Positions 26,062 through 39,818 of a stretch of DNA of 64,000 nucleotides are shown piece by piece. Position 1 is the stretch's first letter, and each line of letters starts with the position of its first letter. This DNA is from Paramecium tetraurelia (lineage: Eukaryota). The position numbers and the translations under genes are program-made. The notes below the pieces were generated by a model. That model was not told where the DNA came from. It saw only the letters and a program-made list of their open reading frames with translations, and did no database searches. The DNA lies in assembly GCA_000165425.1 (NCBI GenBank), contig CT868666.1, positions 248,001 through 312,000 on the forward strand, in the 5' to 3' direction.

Positions 26062-28344
26062 TCAATAAACTAGTTTGTTGTTGATCCATCTGCCATCCAT
26101 GATTTTACCATTCATACAATAGAATATTCCAGGACCATTTATAAAATCCTTCTAGAATGTACCCACAAAACGCTCTCCATTGGTTAGATACAAAGTTCCC
26201 TATCCCTCTTTATTGTCCTAATCAAAATTGCCACTATATTTGATCCAAAAACTAAGGAATATAGGATATTATATTATACTCTTCAACATTGTCAAAATCT
26301 CTGTAATCAAACGATTCTTACAGTGGTTGTGGATGCTCATTATAGAGAGTTCCATGACCTTAAAACTAATCCTCACTCCATTGTCCTTAATAGGCAGGTT
26401 GTCCTGTTGCATAATAGAGTGTTCCTAAAAAGAATGTAATTAATTAATTACCATCTCCATGCATCTTATTTTCCTTCCATCCTCCATCATATAATCCACC
26501 ATCTTGATAGTAAAACTTTCCTTGTCCATGTCTCATGCCATTGGATTTCATCCCCTCATAACGAGATCCATTTGAATAATGTTCAACCACAAATTCTGGT
26601 CGATTGACACTGTCTGCTTTGAATTAAGGAATATCATATGGCAATGAAAACTCTTTGGTTTGGGTTGCTGTTATTTATTGAGGAAGATTGGTTGAGTCAC
26701 TAAGAATTTTAGAAAATTTGAAATATTCCTATCTTTAGGTTGTCTATTCAACATCTTCTTCTGGTTGAGGATCGATATTTTCATCGAATTAAGACTGCTT
26801 ACTAATAGTTTCACTTGGCTGTTTGAATTGTAGAGTATCGCATTAATCAGGTTGCAATGATTAAATTGGAGCAGCTTACTTTTAAATATTGCTACTCGTT
26901 TAACTACTGAATTGATATTCTTATACTTATTAAGTTGTATAATTCAATCTGGATTATTATTACTAAGTAACAGTTCTAGTATTTGAGAGTTTGTTAGATA
27001 AAGGTTTTGGAGGAAAATATATTTATTTAACCTACCCACTCTTATTACTAAGAATAGATAAATCAGTAGGAACTGTTGGAACAGCATAAGTGTAAGTCTA
27101 ATTCGGATCCTTACTGCTTTATCTTGATCCTCTTAATCTGGGAACTGAGCTGTCTCTGTTATCTCTTACTTTCAACTATTATTGGGGTACTAAGATCTTG
27201 CTTAATGGCGTGAGACTTCTTTATGAGGTATCTGTTTTAATTGTGTATTAATGAACATATTCTAATGGTGAAATGTTTTGAACTTATTGAAACCTTCTTG
27301 ATTGAATCTACTACACACTATTCACTTGAGTTAAGCATGGCTGAATTGTAGTATTAGCAACAATTGTATGTTGTTGTAGTGTCTATATGTTATTAGATTA
27401 ATAGGTAGGATCTATTATTGGGATTATCTGCCTTTAAATAACATTGGGAATATATTATTATTTATTTGAAACTTATTAATTGTTGTTGATATAGTGTTCC
27501 AATTATAAAAAATCTGGTCTTTGATCTTCCTTGATAATTAACATTGTCTATATCCAATCGCAAAATTGATGTCCATATCTCAGCTTCAATTTTTATAGTT
27601 TACTATTCAAAACATCTTCAATTAATAAGCCTTGATCATATGAGTAACAATCTGAACTTGGTTGATTTAAAGCCAAGTGGAGGAACATCATGCCCAAAGT
27701 GAACACATCACTCTTGTACTCGTTATGTTTTGGTTACCAGTTGTTTAACTATATTGATTTCACCAATATTGGGGATAGATAGATGCATTCCAAACAATTC
27801 GGATTTTGTAATACCTGCATAAAATTTGTGCTATGTTGAAAGTACATTGGGTCTGTCACCTTTATTGTTTCATCCATCAAATACAAATATTTGAGTTATA
27901 AGGAATTGTGTTAGATCTCATTTTTCTGCATGCATGCTAATCCTGCAACTGCTTGTTTCAAATACTAAACTAATTGTGTTTCATTTAAGGCTGGAACTAA
28001 CTCCAAATTTCCAGTTGGATATTCAAAAAGTAAATAAACCTTGTAGAATTGTCCACAGAGTTATTACTCAAATTGGTAAAAGTAATTGCTCAGATTAAGA
28101 ACATTTTGATGATTGATCTTGTGTCTCACTTGGTATTGCTGGACAGCCTTCTTGAAGTGAACCTCATCTGTTATGTTTAAAGTGCGAAGAATCAGCTTTT
28201 GATGTGGATCTCGTTTATGTTGTAAGATTTAACACTCTGGGAAGTCTAAGATCATCTACTTTGAGACATACCGTTGTTATAAACATTAATTTATCGGAAG
28301 TGATCATAAAGCTTGGTGATTGGTTTCGAATCGGTGGCTCCCAT
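26062..28344 (-). CDS. N-myristoylated pseudokinase with Q/P-rich linker and C-terminal MORN repeats
   Basis: MGATDSK; HQNVLNL, LCGQFYKVYLLFEY, HNSLQLKYLYL, KVTDP, YKSDVFTLG; MORN repeats YRGMKSNGMRHGQGKFYYQDGGLYDGGWKENKMHGDG. Confidence 0.85.
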
Positions 28345-28711
28345 TTTTGATTTCAAAATATAATTAACTGCCTATATAATATACACATCAATTATACTAT
28401 AACAAATGTATTAAATATTCCTTGATGCACAATAAATTGAATTTCCAATTATCATACACTTGCATCTCATTATCATATTGATCTATTTGGCAATCAAAAA
28501 TGAGTATGGAAGTTTTGAAATAACATTGCACATTATTGAAATTTATTCATTTAAATAAATATACCCTGCATAATATTATGTTAATTTGATTATTGGAATA
28601 GATATGTGTTATTGATTGTAACATATCAGCTTAAGTACTATGATGAACAAATTAAAACAACAAGAATTTAGAGAGGATAAATAATAATAATTAATGATTT
28701 CAAAGTATATA

Positions 28712-29530
28712 TCACTGTAAAGTATTAATACTATTACGAAACTCTTGCTTGACTAGTTATACGAAATACGGGCAATTAGCCATATGTTTTCTTATGATCC
28801 GTAAGAGTATGGATTAGTCCAATTTCTTAATCTTGATTAATTTTTCGATTTGATCCAAAAGATTTCTTTAAATTAAGTAATATGTGTTACTCATTATTCA
28901 ACTGATTAAATAATTAAGGAGAAGGAGTGATATTTTGATTGGATTTGCTTGGAGTTTAGTATTGTGAAAATTGAGAGACTTGTGACATATTGAGCTTAGG
29001 AGTTGAAAATTCAGATTAAGTTAATCTCTTGCTTGATTGTGAATTGATCATGTAACCCAATTGATAGATATTATCAGCACATTTGCTTTGAGCCTGTTAT
29101 ATGTGATATCATAAGATACTTGAATTAAGTCTTCTATTAAGTTTTTGTATTGATTGGTTTGAACTGTAGTTGTGGATCGATACTTCTCAGTTTTGTGGAT
29201 GGATTCCAATTAATCAATCTCATACTTTCCATCCAAAATGTCAGAATAGCGAATATATTCTTAACAGTTCATTAATATTAATAATAAATATGGATTGTAT
29301 TCGTTTCTGGACTGTCATTTTTGCATGTGGGTTCATCCTATTTGTAATGGAGCTATCATTTAATTCTAGTTGTCCTTGTTCCTAATCTTGAAATACTAGA
29401 TTGAGTTTTACAGATATCCTGTAAAGAATTAGACGAATTCAGAAACCACAGCGATAGTATCTGCTTGCGTGTACTTGGCTCTGACTATTGGTTTCATAGT
29501 TTGGGGCAAGAGAAGGGCTGAGAAACATAA
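28712..29530 (-). CDS. Hypothetical protein (5' structure unresolved)
   Basis: 3' frame QSILLRIIRKHMANCPYFVQLVKQEFRNSINTLQ-stop and an S/Q-rich middle; start uncertain. Confidence 0.4.
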
Positions 29531-29674
29531 GTTAGATATCTAATAGCAATACAACAATTTGCCAGCTAATTAATTCGAAGCAGCTCCTGAAATCGAGAAT
29601 GAGAAGAAGATGGAGTGATGGACAAAGAAACTATATATAATCACAATAATAATAATCTATAATATTATGTTATT

Positions 29675-32085
29675 TCACTTTTTAATACTAGGAAGTTTAA
29701 ATTACTTCTTAATGTCACAACTACTTTTGGTCATCGGTGTTTTGGATTTAAGACCAGGTTTCTTCAAAGAAGACGAAGCTTCAAAGAGAGGACTCTTATT
29801 GCAATCTAAATCAACTGATTTCTTGAAAAGAAGCGCTGAGGCGGTATTATTCTACAACTGAGGTTTTTTAATCAGTATGGTTTGACTGTGCACGCTCGGA
29901 TTGGTGATCTTTATCTTGGTCAGGGGATACTTCTTTTTGTATTTGGTTAAATAATCGTTTAAATCTATTTTATTGAGTTCCACATCATCCCTTTCTTAAT
30001 CTAATAGTAATTGTCTTTATTTTTAATCATTCTTAAAGATCTACTCCTCTTTTTCCAGCATCTCTAGATCCTTCTGATCTAAGTAGTTTTCGTCACTTGG
30101 CTTTAGCAACTCTTCCTTGGTTTGCTAAATCATATATTGAAAAGAACGAGATCCACCGAGAATGCAATCTTGTAAAGCATCATTGAACATATTCAAAGTA
30201 GGTGCATCATTGGAATCTATCTTCTTATAAAGGATGGGTAAAATCTAAAAGGTATAAAATAGGAAATACCTTAATCAATCTCATCCTCACATTCAGGATT
30301 GGATCCTTGGAGAAGACGAGTACATCATAGAATTAATATTATTTGAACAGTTTTCTAGAGATGAACTGAGTGAATTCTTGGACTATGTCTATAAAAGTGA
30401 TTCTATTAAAGTAGCTATCTGATTTAAAGTAAAGTTCAAAGAGCTAGATAATCCAATCCTTTCTCTTCCTCAGATCTCCGATGTTGCTCAAGTATTTGGC
30501 AATGTTTAGACAACATAATTGTTTTGTTTTTGGTATTCCTTTGCTAATAGTGGTGAGCATAACATTGAGGAATGTACTGATGTCAGAAAATATGTATTGG
30601 CATTCTGAGAATTTAGATAATAAATCTATTTGTAGATCCCATTGATTTTTGACAATTAGACCATTTAGCAATTCAATGGCTGGTTGACCAAATTGGGGTT
30701 GTTACTGACTACGCATAAGATATACAAACTACTTGTTTTTGGAAAGAATTCACAATTGAATCAAATCTGATTATTAACAATTGTAAGATGGTTAAATATT
30801 TTGATTTCATGAAATTAATGAATACTTGTATTAGAATATCTGTATTCTCAGACAAGAGTACAACTTCATGGAAACTACTTAAAATGGATCTCTGAAGTGT
30901 TTCATTGGTATCATTGCAACACAACATGTATTATTCTTGAAAAAATTCAAACTTTTTTAGACTCAATGAAAGTATAGCAGGGAAATTGGAAATAAAGTTG
31001 ATCCTCACATCTATGTTTTTACTTTTGGCATACGAAGCATAAATAGTGAGAAATAAAGATATTTAATTTTGATTTAAATTGCCTTTAATCTACTATTAAT
31101 TGAGAATAATTACCAACATATATACTCTACCACACATCTTAGACATAACTACTTTACTTTCTTCGCTCTAACTTTGTATTTGATCTATGAATAGTTTAGT
31201 ACATCTATTCTTGATTTCATCAGGCGACAATTGATTGGCTATAGTGTAGAACAATTTCATGCCTGAACTCTTTACAACAATATCTGTATCATAATACAGT
31301 TCCATAATCTTTTCAAGTAAATAGCACTCAATCAAATCACTAGAAATCGATTGGCACACCTTCACGATAACATCTTCAGCCATGATCAATCTGACTTCTT
31401 TGTCATGATCAGAACACAAATTTCTAGCTCTGTCTAATAAAGGTCCTTTGATGTCATTTCCCAATAGCTTTTGTTAATAATTGAATGTACTTATGCCAAG
31501 GTGCCTATGAGTTTGGCAGCACTCTAACGAGAAATTGTTGGTTGTGATGCATCAGTCAACAATAGTATTAATTATGAGATTGGATTAAGGATGATATCGA
31601 GGCTGATAACTCTAAGTAATGCATTCATAGTATGTATCCATTCATTCAAAACTGGTAATGACCAAATTTTTAGGATTTGAGTAGTCAAATCATAAATTTA
31701 GAGTAACTCCATTACTTAAAGTTAATTGTCTTTAATCAGTTTATGAAGAGATTTGGCTGCAATAATTTGATTTTCCTCCTCTTGTTGCTGAATCTCCTCT
31801 CTTTAATATAGATTATATCATACACAATGACTTTGAACAAAATCTCAAATGCATTTGGTTCTTTTAAAATTCTATGCAAGTTTTGATATACCTATCAATC
31901 AATAAACAGCATATCTTACTGCCCTCTTTTGCAATTATTGACCCTTTGTCAATATCTGATAAGACCTTTAGCATTCGCTTAAATCCTCCTCCAACGTCAA
32001 CTTCTTAAGTTCATCTTCACTCTAGCATGGATAAAGAGTTTCTTACCTTTGTACTAGTCTTGTACTCCTATTCAGGGAAGAACAT
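29675..32085 (-). CDS. PPP4R4: HEAT-repeat protein, PP4 regulatory subunit 4-like
   Basis: N-terminus KSEDELKKLTLEEDLSECQRSYQILTKG resembles PPP4R4; HEAT signatures LCSDHDKEVR, LYYDTDIVVK, VRINFISNFPA. Confidence 0.7.
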
Positions 32086-32176
32086 GCAAATTTTAAATAT
32101 TATTAAATTGATGTAATAATAAATATTGATTGGATAAGAATGTTAGCTAAATTAAGATATAGATGTGATTTGGTAT

Positions 32177-33244
32177 TCACATTTTTTATCCAAATGTTTG
32201 AAACTATTTTTTATTAGCTTCATTCATTCTTTCCTATTTGATGTGATTCTTGTAAAACTAGATGCCTCCCAAAATATCTTTCTCCAATTTCTATAACCCA
32301 TCCCTTATCACCACAAATGTCGGTCTTTTCTCATACTCCCCAATCATCTGCAAAATCAACTTCTAAAATATGCTAGAATATCCCAAACACAATAGCATAT
32401 CGCACATCTTCTTCACCTACTCCAGATCTACCACCTTCTTCTGCCAATTATAGTATGCCGATGAGGCTTAACATATAGGCATTCCTTACATTATTGAGCA
32501 GCCAATTCCAACAGAATCAATCCCAAAGTAAATACATCTCCCTTCACTCCGCTCTTCTAAGTAGCTGGAATCGATTGCTTTAATTCCTCCAGTTGTTCAG
32601 GAGGTAACAAATGAAATTCATCTAAGATGAAGGCCTTACTATAAGCATCTGGATGATTAGGCAAGAAACTGTGTTCCTTTCATTTTAATCAATTCTTACT
32701 ATCAACTTGATGTTCTCTGATTCATCCAAATAGATTGTCTAAGTCTTCAATTCTCCATGATACATCCCCTTCTCCTCCAAATAAGCACACGCACTCACTA
32801 TTTGATAGGCTATCAACCACAACCTTGATTCATTAAACATAAATGATTAGGTAAAACTTATTCAATTTCTATAAGTACTTCTATTCAGCCTCTGAATTCA
32901 GGGTCATCTAATAGTATTCCCCAATTATTGTTGCTTGAGATACATCTGCACACATCATCGAATTGCTATTTTCATGAAAATGCAACAATCTGATCAAATT
33001 ATCATTTTTCCATTATTTTCTATCCTCGAATCTCTTACAATAATTGTCCATCTCCTATTTAGAAGTAGTTCCCAAATTTATTTCAAACACCCTAATTTTC
33101 TTTCTTACATTCATTTAAATATACCTTGTTCTCCTTGTATTCAAGAATTCTTATATTTCCTAATTAACGATGAGACAGATTTTGGCAAAATGTAAAATCT
33201 TTCGTAATCTAGTAGGACTTCTCATTATCCAAAACATTACCCAT
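32177..33244 (-). CDS. Kinase-like protein, probable pseudokinase with MGN N-terminus
   Basis: NLIRLLHF, ESRLWLIAYQIVSACAYLEEKGMYHGELKTQTIYL, DFG position reads EHS, LPPE, DVFTLG. Confidence 0.75.
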
Positions 33245-34889
33245 CTCTATTATTATAAAAATTTAATAAATATAAAAGTCAGTAGGGATATCAATGAAAT
33301 CAATGTTATCTAGAATTGTATTGTCACTTTTTTGTTCCACCTTATTCTACTTTCTAATTACTTGAATTCATTTACTCTCAAATTTCTTGTGTGCATGCCA
33401 TTGTATATTTAAAGTAACAAAATTCTTATATAGCACAAGTAATAAATTTTTTATAAATCACTTTTAGAAAACAAGCTAAGTTGTTCGATTTCAATTGGTA
33501 TTGAGATTTGGCTTGAATTGTAAAAGGGAAATTTAAAAAATTTATATAAATGAAAATCCAAAAAAATAATTTATGCTCAATTTTTTAAAAGTTGTCAAAA
33601 GCACATCATTTTTTAAATCTTCTGTTTCTTTTATATAATATTGATCAAATAAAACCCTCAATAAATAGTTTGATGCTATAATTAATGAAGTTACCCATGG
33701 CAATTATTTACCTTAATTTTAGAGACTAATATAAGCTGACTCAGGCTGGGAATTTATCTGATGGTAGCAAAAAATAATATAAAGGTCCTATCAGACGTTT
33801 AATGGTTATGAAAAAAAGTAGAAATGCCGATTATCTTGTGCAGATATTTTTAATTACATATAAACCATGAAACCAGGTCTTCAAAACATAAAAGCTTTTT
33901 AGCAGGCTCAGAATAAATAGAAAGAATAATTTTAAAAGGGGATGAGGCAATTTTTTTAAAAGAAACAAAGAAAATTTATTAAAAGGCAAGATGCAAAGAC
34001 CAAATGGAAGCTTAAATTAAAAATCAATTTATCATTATTGCTAATATCAAATTTTAGTTTATTAATTATCCTGTAATACATAAAATGGTAACTCTAGCAT
34101 TTCGCATTTTTATCTCCTATTATCTAGGAGAGGGAATTTCAGAATATGCTAAAATAACTTGTGAGCAGATATGCTCTAAAAATGTTGCTTATCTACTAAA
34201 GAATAAATTTAATAAGGTTCAAAAACAGAAAGAATATTAGACATTCCAGCTCATATAATTTATGTTACTAAAAATTATATGGATTTAAAAGATATTCAAC
34301 ATCTCAAAAATAGACGAATATAAAAAAAGCATTTCAAAAGATGTCATGAAAAAGCAATTATAACTAGCTTTTGTATTTTTGCAACTATGCAAATCCAATA
34401 AAACAAAAGAGCATCTTTAATTTCTATAGCATTTCTGCTAAGACATTCTAAGCCAAGTCATCTTTAAGAATAAGGAGCTCATAGTGATTAGAAATGTAAT
34501 AAGGCATATCTAAAATACGTCAAAAATAGAAAAAAAATGAAAGAAAACGTATAAATGAATAGAAATGGAAAATTCCTAAAATCCATTCTTAAAAATTGAA
34601 TTTTGTTTGAATCAAAATTTGAAATGCCTCAAAAATAAAAAATTGAGTTTTCGTTATTAAAATTTATAATTTTTTTTAAAAAATAAACTTTGTTCAGAGA
34701 TTAAAACTCGAGTTTTGAATATTAGAAATGATTATGCGTGATATACAAGTCTTCAGTATATGTGATCTTAATAGAAGTGGAGAGCATATTTTTATACATG
34801 TTATTCCTTTGATTTTGTTTTACTTCCAATTAATAAGCTATCTGATCGAAGATCTTCTTAAAAACAAAAAATTGCCGCATATATCATTT

Positions 34890-36099
34890 TCATCAAAAAG
34901 TGAATGGTTCCACTATATATTTATGTAAAAGGTTTGAGAATGTTAAACAATTTAATTAGTTCGTTTATAAATATATATTAAATTCATAAGAACCATAATA
35001 TATGTTAATATTAATTTCATCTATTTTATGGTGCTCTACAAATAGGGCAACTGGGAACTAAATTGTTTTATCGCTAAGAAATAGAAGAAATTATACATTT
35101 TATTGAAACCAATCTTAAATACATTTGGAATGGAATAGATGCGAAGGATGGCATTATAATTGTTGAAGTCCTTCATTCTCCAACATTGGTTCAAAACATA
35201 TTTAGCATTAGAGTTATTCCTCCCTTCCAAATATGCTGTATCTATGTTGTGGCGCTTCCTGTATTTACTATGGTTAATAAACCTACTCCTCTTCCACTAA
35301 TTCATTATCCAACAACAAGAAGCTATCTAAACCTTCTTAATTCTCGAACAAAGATTAATTTTACATATCTAAAATTTATTATCTCGTTGCTCTCCTTTGG
35401 AGGGCTCTCAATTTATATTCTTATCTGATTCTCCTTGGCAGTTCTATGATGAACCCGAGAGCGACAAACACAAAATCCCAAACTGTCACAAAGAAGAGTA
35501 AAAATACTAGCCAGCTGTTTGAATTTGATTAAAATCGTGATTCAAAGAAGTATGAAGTAATTACTCCAGCCGATAAGACAAGATAGAGGAAATCTTTAGA
35601 TTCGCAACAAAAGTGGTGAAAATCCATTTTAATGCTTGTATAAAGGAGACGCCACGTAGTAGCCTCACCCATGCTTCCTACATAATGGAATAATAATTAT
35701 ACTAGCCTTGATCATTTCCTCTAATTCTTAAAATGTATATTAAACATTTCCTCCCTCACTTTCTTTGATTAAGTAACCCATTGTAAACACGTATTCGACT
35801 GAATCCAGATCCTTTAATTGATTGAACAAGACTATTAACATCATAAAGAAACCAATGATGAGTTCCGAAATGTAAATAAGTTGATAGAAGGAATTATGAT
35901 CCAATACAAACATCTTACCACAAAGACATAAACCTACCAAAGAGGAAACTCCAAAAAGAGTGTTCTTAAATCTGAAGTCTTTGATCTAGCGAGCAAAGCT
36001 TACACTTATGTTCATTAAATCAATCTATAATTAATAATTATATTTACTATATTCAAGCAGAATTGGGTGTTCCATAGAAACGATGTACATTGTGTTCAT
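34890..36099 (-). CDS. Hypothetical transmembrane protein (possibly degenerate)
   Basis: Hydrophobic segments LFGVSSLVGLCLC, LIIGFFMMLIVLF, WLVFLLFFVTVWDFVFVALGFII; exon joins not fully resolved. Confidence 0.4.
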
Positions 36100-36179
36100 T
36101 TTGTTAAGAGTTTATTTTTAGTTATAGATGAGATATTAATAAATTAAATAAGACTGCTCACAATATATTAATATAAAAA

Positions 36180-36794
36180 ATGAATTAATTGGTACCAATT
36201 GATTCAACCTTGTAAGCCAATTTGGAACGCCTTAGTTATTTGATGGCCCAGAAGAAGGAGAAGAAACCTGACTTCAGAGATCAATTTCAAACTCATTCAA
36301 ACGCCAAGAAAATATTCGTTAATTTGAGAGCATTTGTCAAGCAGCCCCAACCTCCCTCCCCTCCTTCTTAGAACCATAAAAAAGAGCACAAGATTCCTTC
36401 ATAAACCATCACTACGCAGACTTAGACTCCCAAAACTCCCACTTATAGATAATAGTTCATACGACCATAGTCATTAGCCTAACTAGAACCCTGCTTGAAG
36501 AGGCAAGAAATCTCTGCGAGCAATATCATGAGTGAGAGAACTAATACTAAGGCTTGTTACAAGAATTGGGTGGGTTTGTCAGTAATAGAAAGGAATGATA
36601 TATTTCTAAAGAAAAAACAATCAAAATTGTAGAAAATGAGAGAGGAGAAAGACGAAAAGGAACTTAGCAAATGCACCTTTACTCCCCACTTCTACAATCA
36701 AATTCTTATTGAGAGACCATCCTCATGCTTTCAAAATAAATCTTATTAGGATATTCACAAATTACGAAAGAATCAAAATGAAAAATTATATTGA
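36180..36794 (+). CDS. Hypothetical intronless protein with ELSKCTFTP motif
   Basis: Uninterrupted code-6 frame from ATG 36180 to TGA 36792-36794. Confidence 0.8.
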
Positions 36795-36895
36795 TCAAAC
36801 TATTTCCACTTTTTATTAAATACATAATAATGAGTCAGTCATCCTATCCAAAACCTTACAAATTTAATTTAATATTAATATATATTAATCGATTT

Positions 36896-39580
36896 TCAAA
36901 TTAACCATATCTACTTTGAATGTTCAGAAGAACCAACCACTGACTGTCTCATAGGAAACTTTATGCGTCCTTAATGTTGTTTAAACTAAACATCAACTAT
37001 TGATTAATACTTGTCTCGATTATTTTATTTCGACCAAAGTAGTATAAGGGAGAAATTGCTTCAATCTTTCTGGCTTCACCTCCAGTTTAAAACGATTAAT
37101 ATCTTCCATATTGATTGCATAATAATCTATGTATTCCTCAAACACATTAACACTATTTATATATTTAAGAGGATTACTCATATTCAGTGTCTATTTTGGG
37201 TTTGATTTATGCCCCATTATAGTATCTCTATACTTCTTTTAAGACTACAGACAAATTATTGTGAGTACTATAGATTTCAAAATCATAGCCAAATTCAAAA
37301 TGATCAATTAGGGAGTAATTTTGTTAGCTTTTATTTGAAATAAAGAGATTCTCTTGATTTTGATTTTCCTTTTAAACTTGATATTCTAATATGATCTCAT
37401 CTAATTTCTATTGGATTGTCTCGGAATCACTTTGTTCGTCTGAACTTTAGTTTTCATTAATTTTGGTATGACTGATACTGCTGCTTTACAAATTTAAAGA
37501 GGGCGTTGAAGATTAGATTAATTACGAAATAGATTTAGTAAGATTAAAAAGATCATTTTGTTTTTGAGTTATCATTTAGACTTGACTCAATTATGCACGC
37601 ATGACCTTTTATATTTCTCTTCTCCTGTTTCGATCCTCTTTAAATTTGGACTTGATTTTAAAGGGTTGAGGAATATTTTTGAATAGGATTGTTTTATTTT
37701 GTGCATCTTCTAGATTACATTCTTCAACAATATATCCAGTCATCGGAATGACAGTTTATATACTCAGAGCCTCTTTCTTAATAAGATACTAGTGTTTAAT
37801 GGCATTAAAATGTATCCTATCCTTTCTAACATACTCTTTCATGATTTATCTAATGCACCTGTTCTTTGTTTTATTATACACATAAAGATCCACATTGAAA
37901 TGTAATTGAGGACAATCTCTAACTACATGTCCTGGTAATTCACAAGCAAAACAATGTATTGAGAGTACAGAAAATTGACGTTTATTAACTTCCTCTTAAA
38001 TTGAGTAGAACTTCTCAAAATCTTTAGGATACTTTTGTAAAATCTACAAAAAACTCTCTCTTTTCAGCACAAACAAATCGCTGAACCCTTCACTCTTGGC
38101 AGAGGCAGTTCGACCTACATTTCCAAAGAAATTGATCTCACCAAAGATTTATTTATTAGTTAATTTAGCTGCTACTTGTCTAGTCTTAGGCAATACAATA
38201 TTAATCAACCCATCTTGAATGAAATAAAGATGCTCCGAATTTTTGGGATTGTCTTCAATAATGATGTATTCATCTGGTTGTGCTGTTTATTCAAATAAGA
38301 TTTGAGTAATATCTAAGAGGAGGACACGAGAGAAGGTTTTACAGAAATTTGTATAAGTGGCTAGAATGTTGCCATTAACATGAACAGTCAATAACTACTT
38401 CAGTTCCTAGGATAGATTCACAGTGATTGCATCTAATTTAATAAGTCTACTTGAATCCCAAATATACTATAAGTACTTTCTCACTCTCTATTGAAGATGT
38501 TTTGGGATCTTTACTTTCTGCATGTAATTGTTGATTTCTGCAATATTCTTTTTTTACTGATCTTTTTTTTAACTCATCTATTACATGGTATTTCCTATAG
38601 AATTCATAGTAAATGACAACACTCCACAGGCTACCAATAAGAAGAATATTCCACATAATCGTTCTATCGTTGTTTAAGGCGAGATGTCTCCATAACCAAC
38701 AGTAATCATAGTAGTGACAGCCCAATAGATTGATGTTACGTACCTCACTTCAACTGGAGAGTCATAAATACCTGCTACAACTAACCAATTATGGTTAGGA
38801 TCTTCATTCATTCCCACAAAATGAAATATGCACCCTAGCCAATGTGACCAAAATAATACAAAGAAGCTCAATTTAAGAAAACTGGCTATTGTATTAATGG
38901 TGGAATAGGTTTGAAGTTGTTCTTCAATTTTATCGAAAATCACCTTTAATTTAGCTAATCTAAGTAATCTAATAATCTTGATAAATCTAAAGAATTTTAA
39001 AAGTCTCAAAATTTAAGCACTTTATTATAATGTCTTTGATTGGCCAGCACTGTTACTACTCTAATCGGTTTCATCGGCATCTGATAGCAATATCGATTCT
39101 ATGATCTAATTATGATTGTGTCTTATAATATACCATGTCGTAGGGGAAGGAGGCAATTAAATCTAGCCAAAACCACAATTTCATATATTGTTTAAATATT
39201 ACTGAGTATTAAAAATTGATGGTCCCTTTGATCCAGACGGCTGTATTGAAGGTAACTGCGATGTCAACCAAGAAGATAGTTGTTATAAATGTGCTTAATT
39301 CGCTGCTTATTTCGAAGTCAAAGCTAATTCTGAAGGGGATGGACAATATTTCATAGAAAATTAGAAACATGCACAAGAAATCCCAAATGATTTTTAGTGT
39401 TCCATCAGGTGAAAACACTATAGATTCTAAGAATGTTAGTTTTTTTTTTGGTTTTGTGATTTGCTAAATTTGATTGCTGTTCTTCATGGATGAAAGTGCC
39501 ATAGTAAGAGTCATTTCCTTAGACCGTTCCTTCTTCTCGACACAGTGCTCATTGTCAAAAGGCGTCTTGAAATCATACAT
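36896..39580 (-). CDS. Voltage-gated K+ channel with cyclic-nucleotide-binding domain (KCNH/HCN-like)
   Basis: IIWDFLCMFL, WFWLDLIASFPYD, S4 LRLLKFFRFIKIIRLLRLAKL, pore YWAVTTMITVGYGDISP, CNBD FGEINFFGNVGRTASA; frame stays open upstream of 39580, so the start may be further 5'. Confidence 0.93.
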
Positions 39581-39818
39581 TCGTTGTTCCTCTCTTGAAT
39601 GATGCAATGACTTGGGAATAGGAATGAATGGGAATACCTTGTCGTTCAATATGTACTGCTCAGTTTGGAGACAAACAAAGATAGGCTTTACGATCGGATA
39701 TGGACTTGTTAATGTATTCCAATCGTTTCCTTTCTCTTTCACTATGTTTATTAAAGTGTTGTTTTTCTAAAAGGTTGGTCTTTAGAAATTTTTTAACAAT
39801 AATTGACATTAATTAAAT

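Noticed and set aside
33698..34540. Possible plus-strand gene starting at ATG 33698
   Set aside because: Frames are broken by TGA, with no consistent introns or recognisable motifs; at most an unidentifiable relic
37912..37953. CCHC knuckle as evidence of a retrotransposon insertion
   Set aside because: In frame within an intact channel gene, with no RT, integrase or LTR nearby
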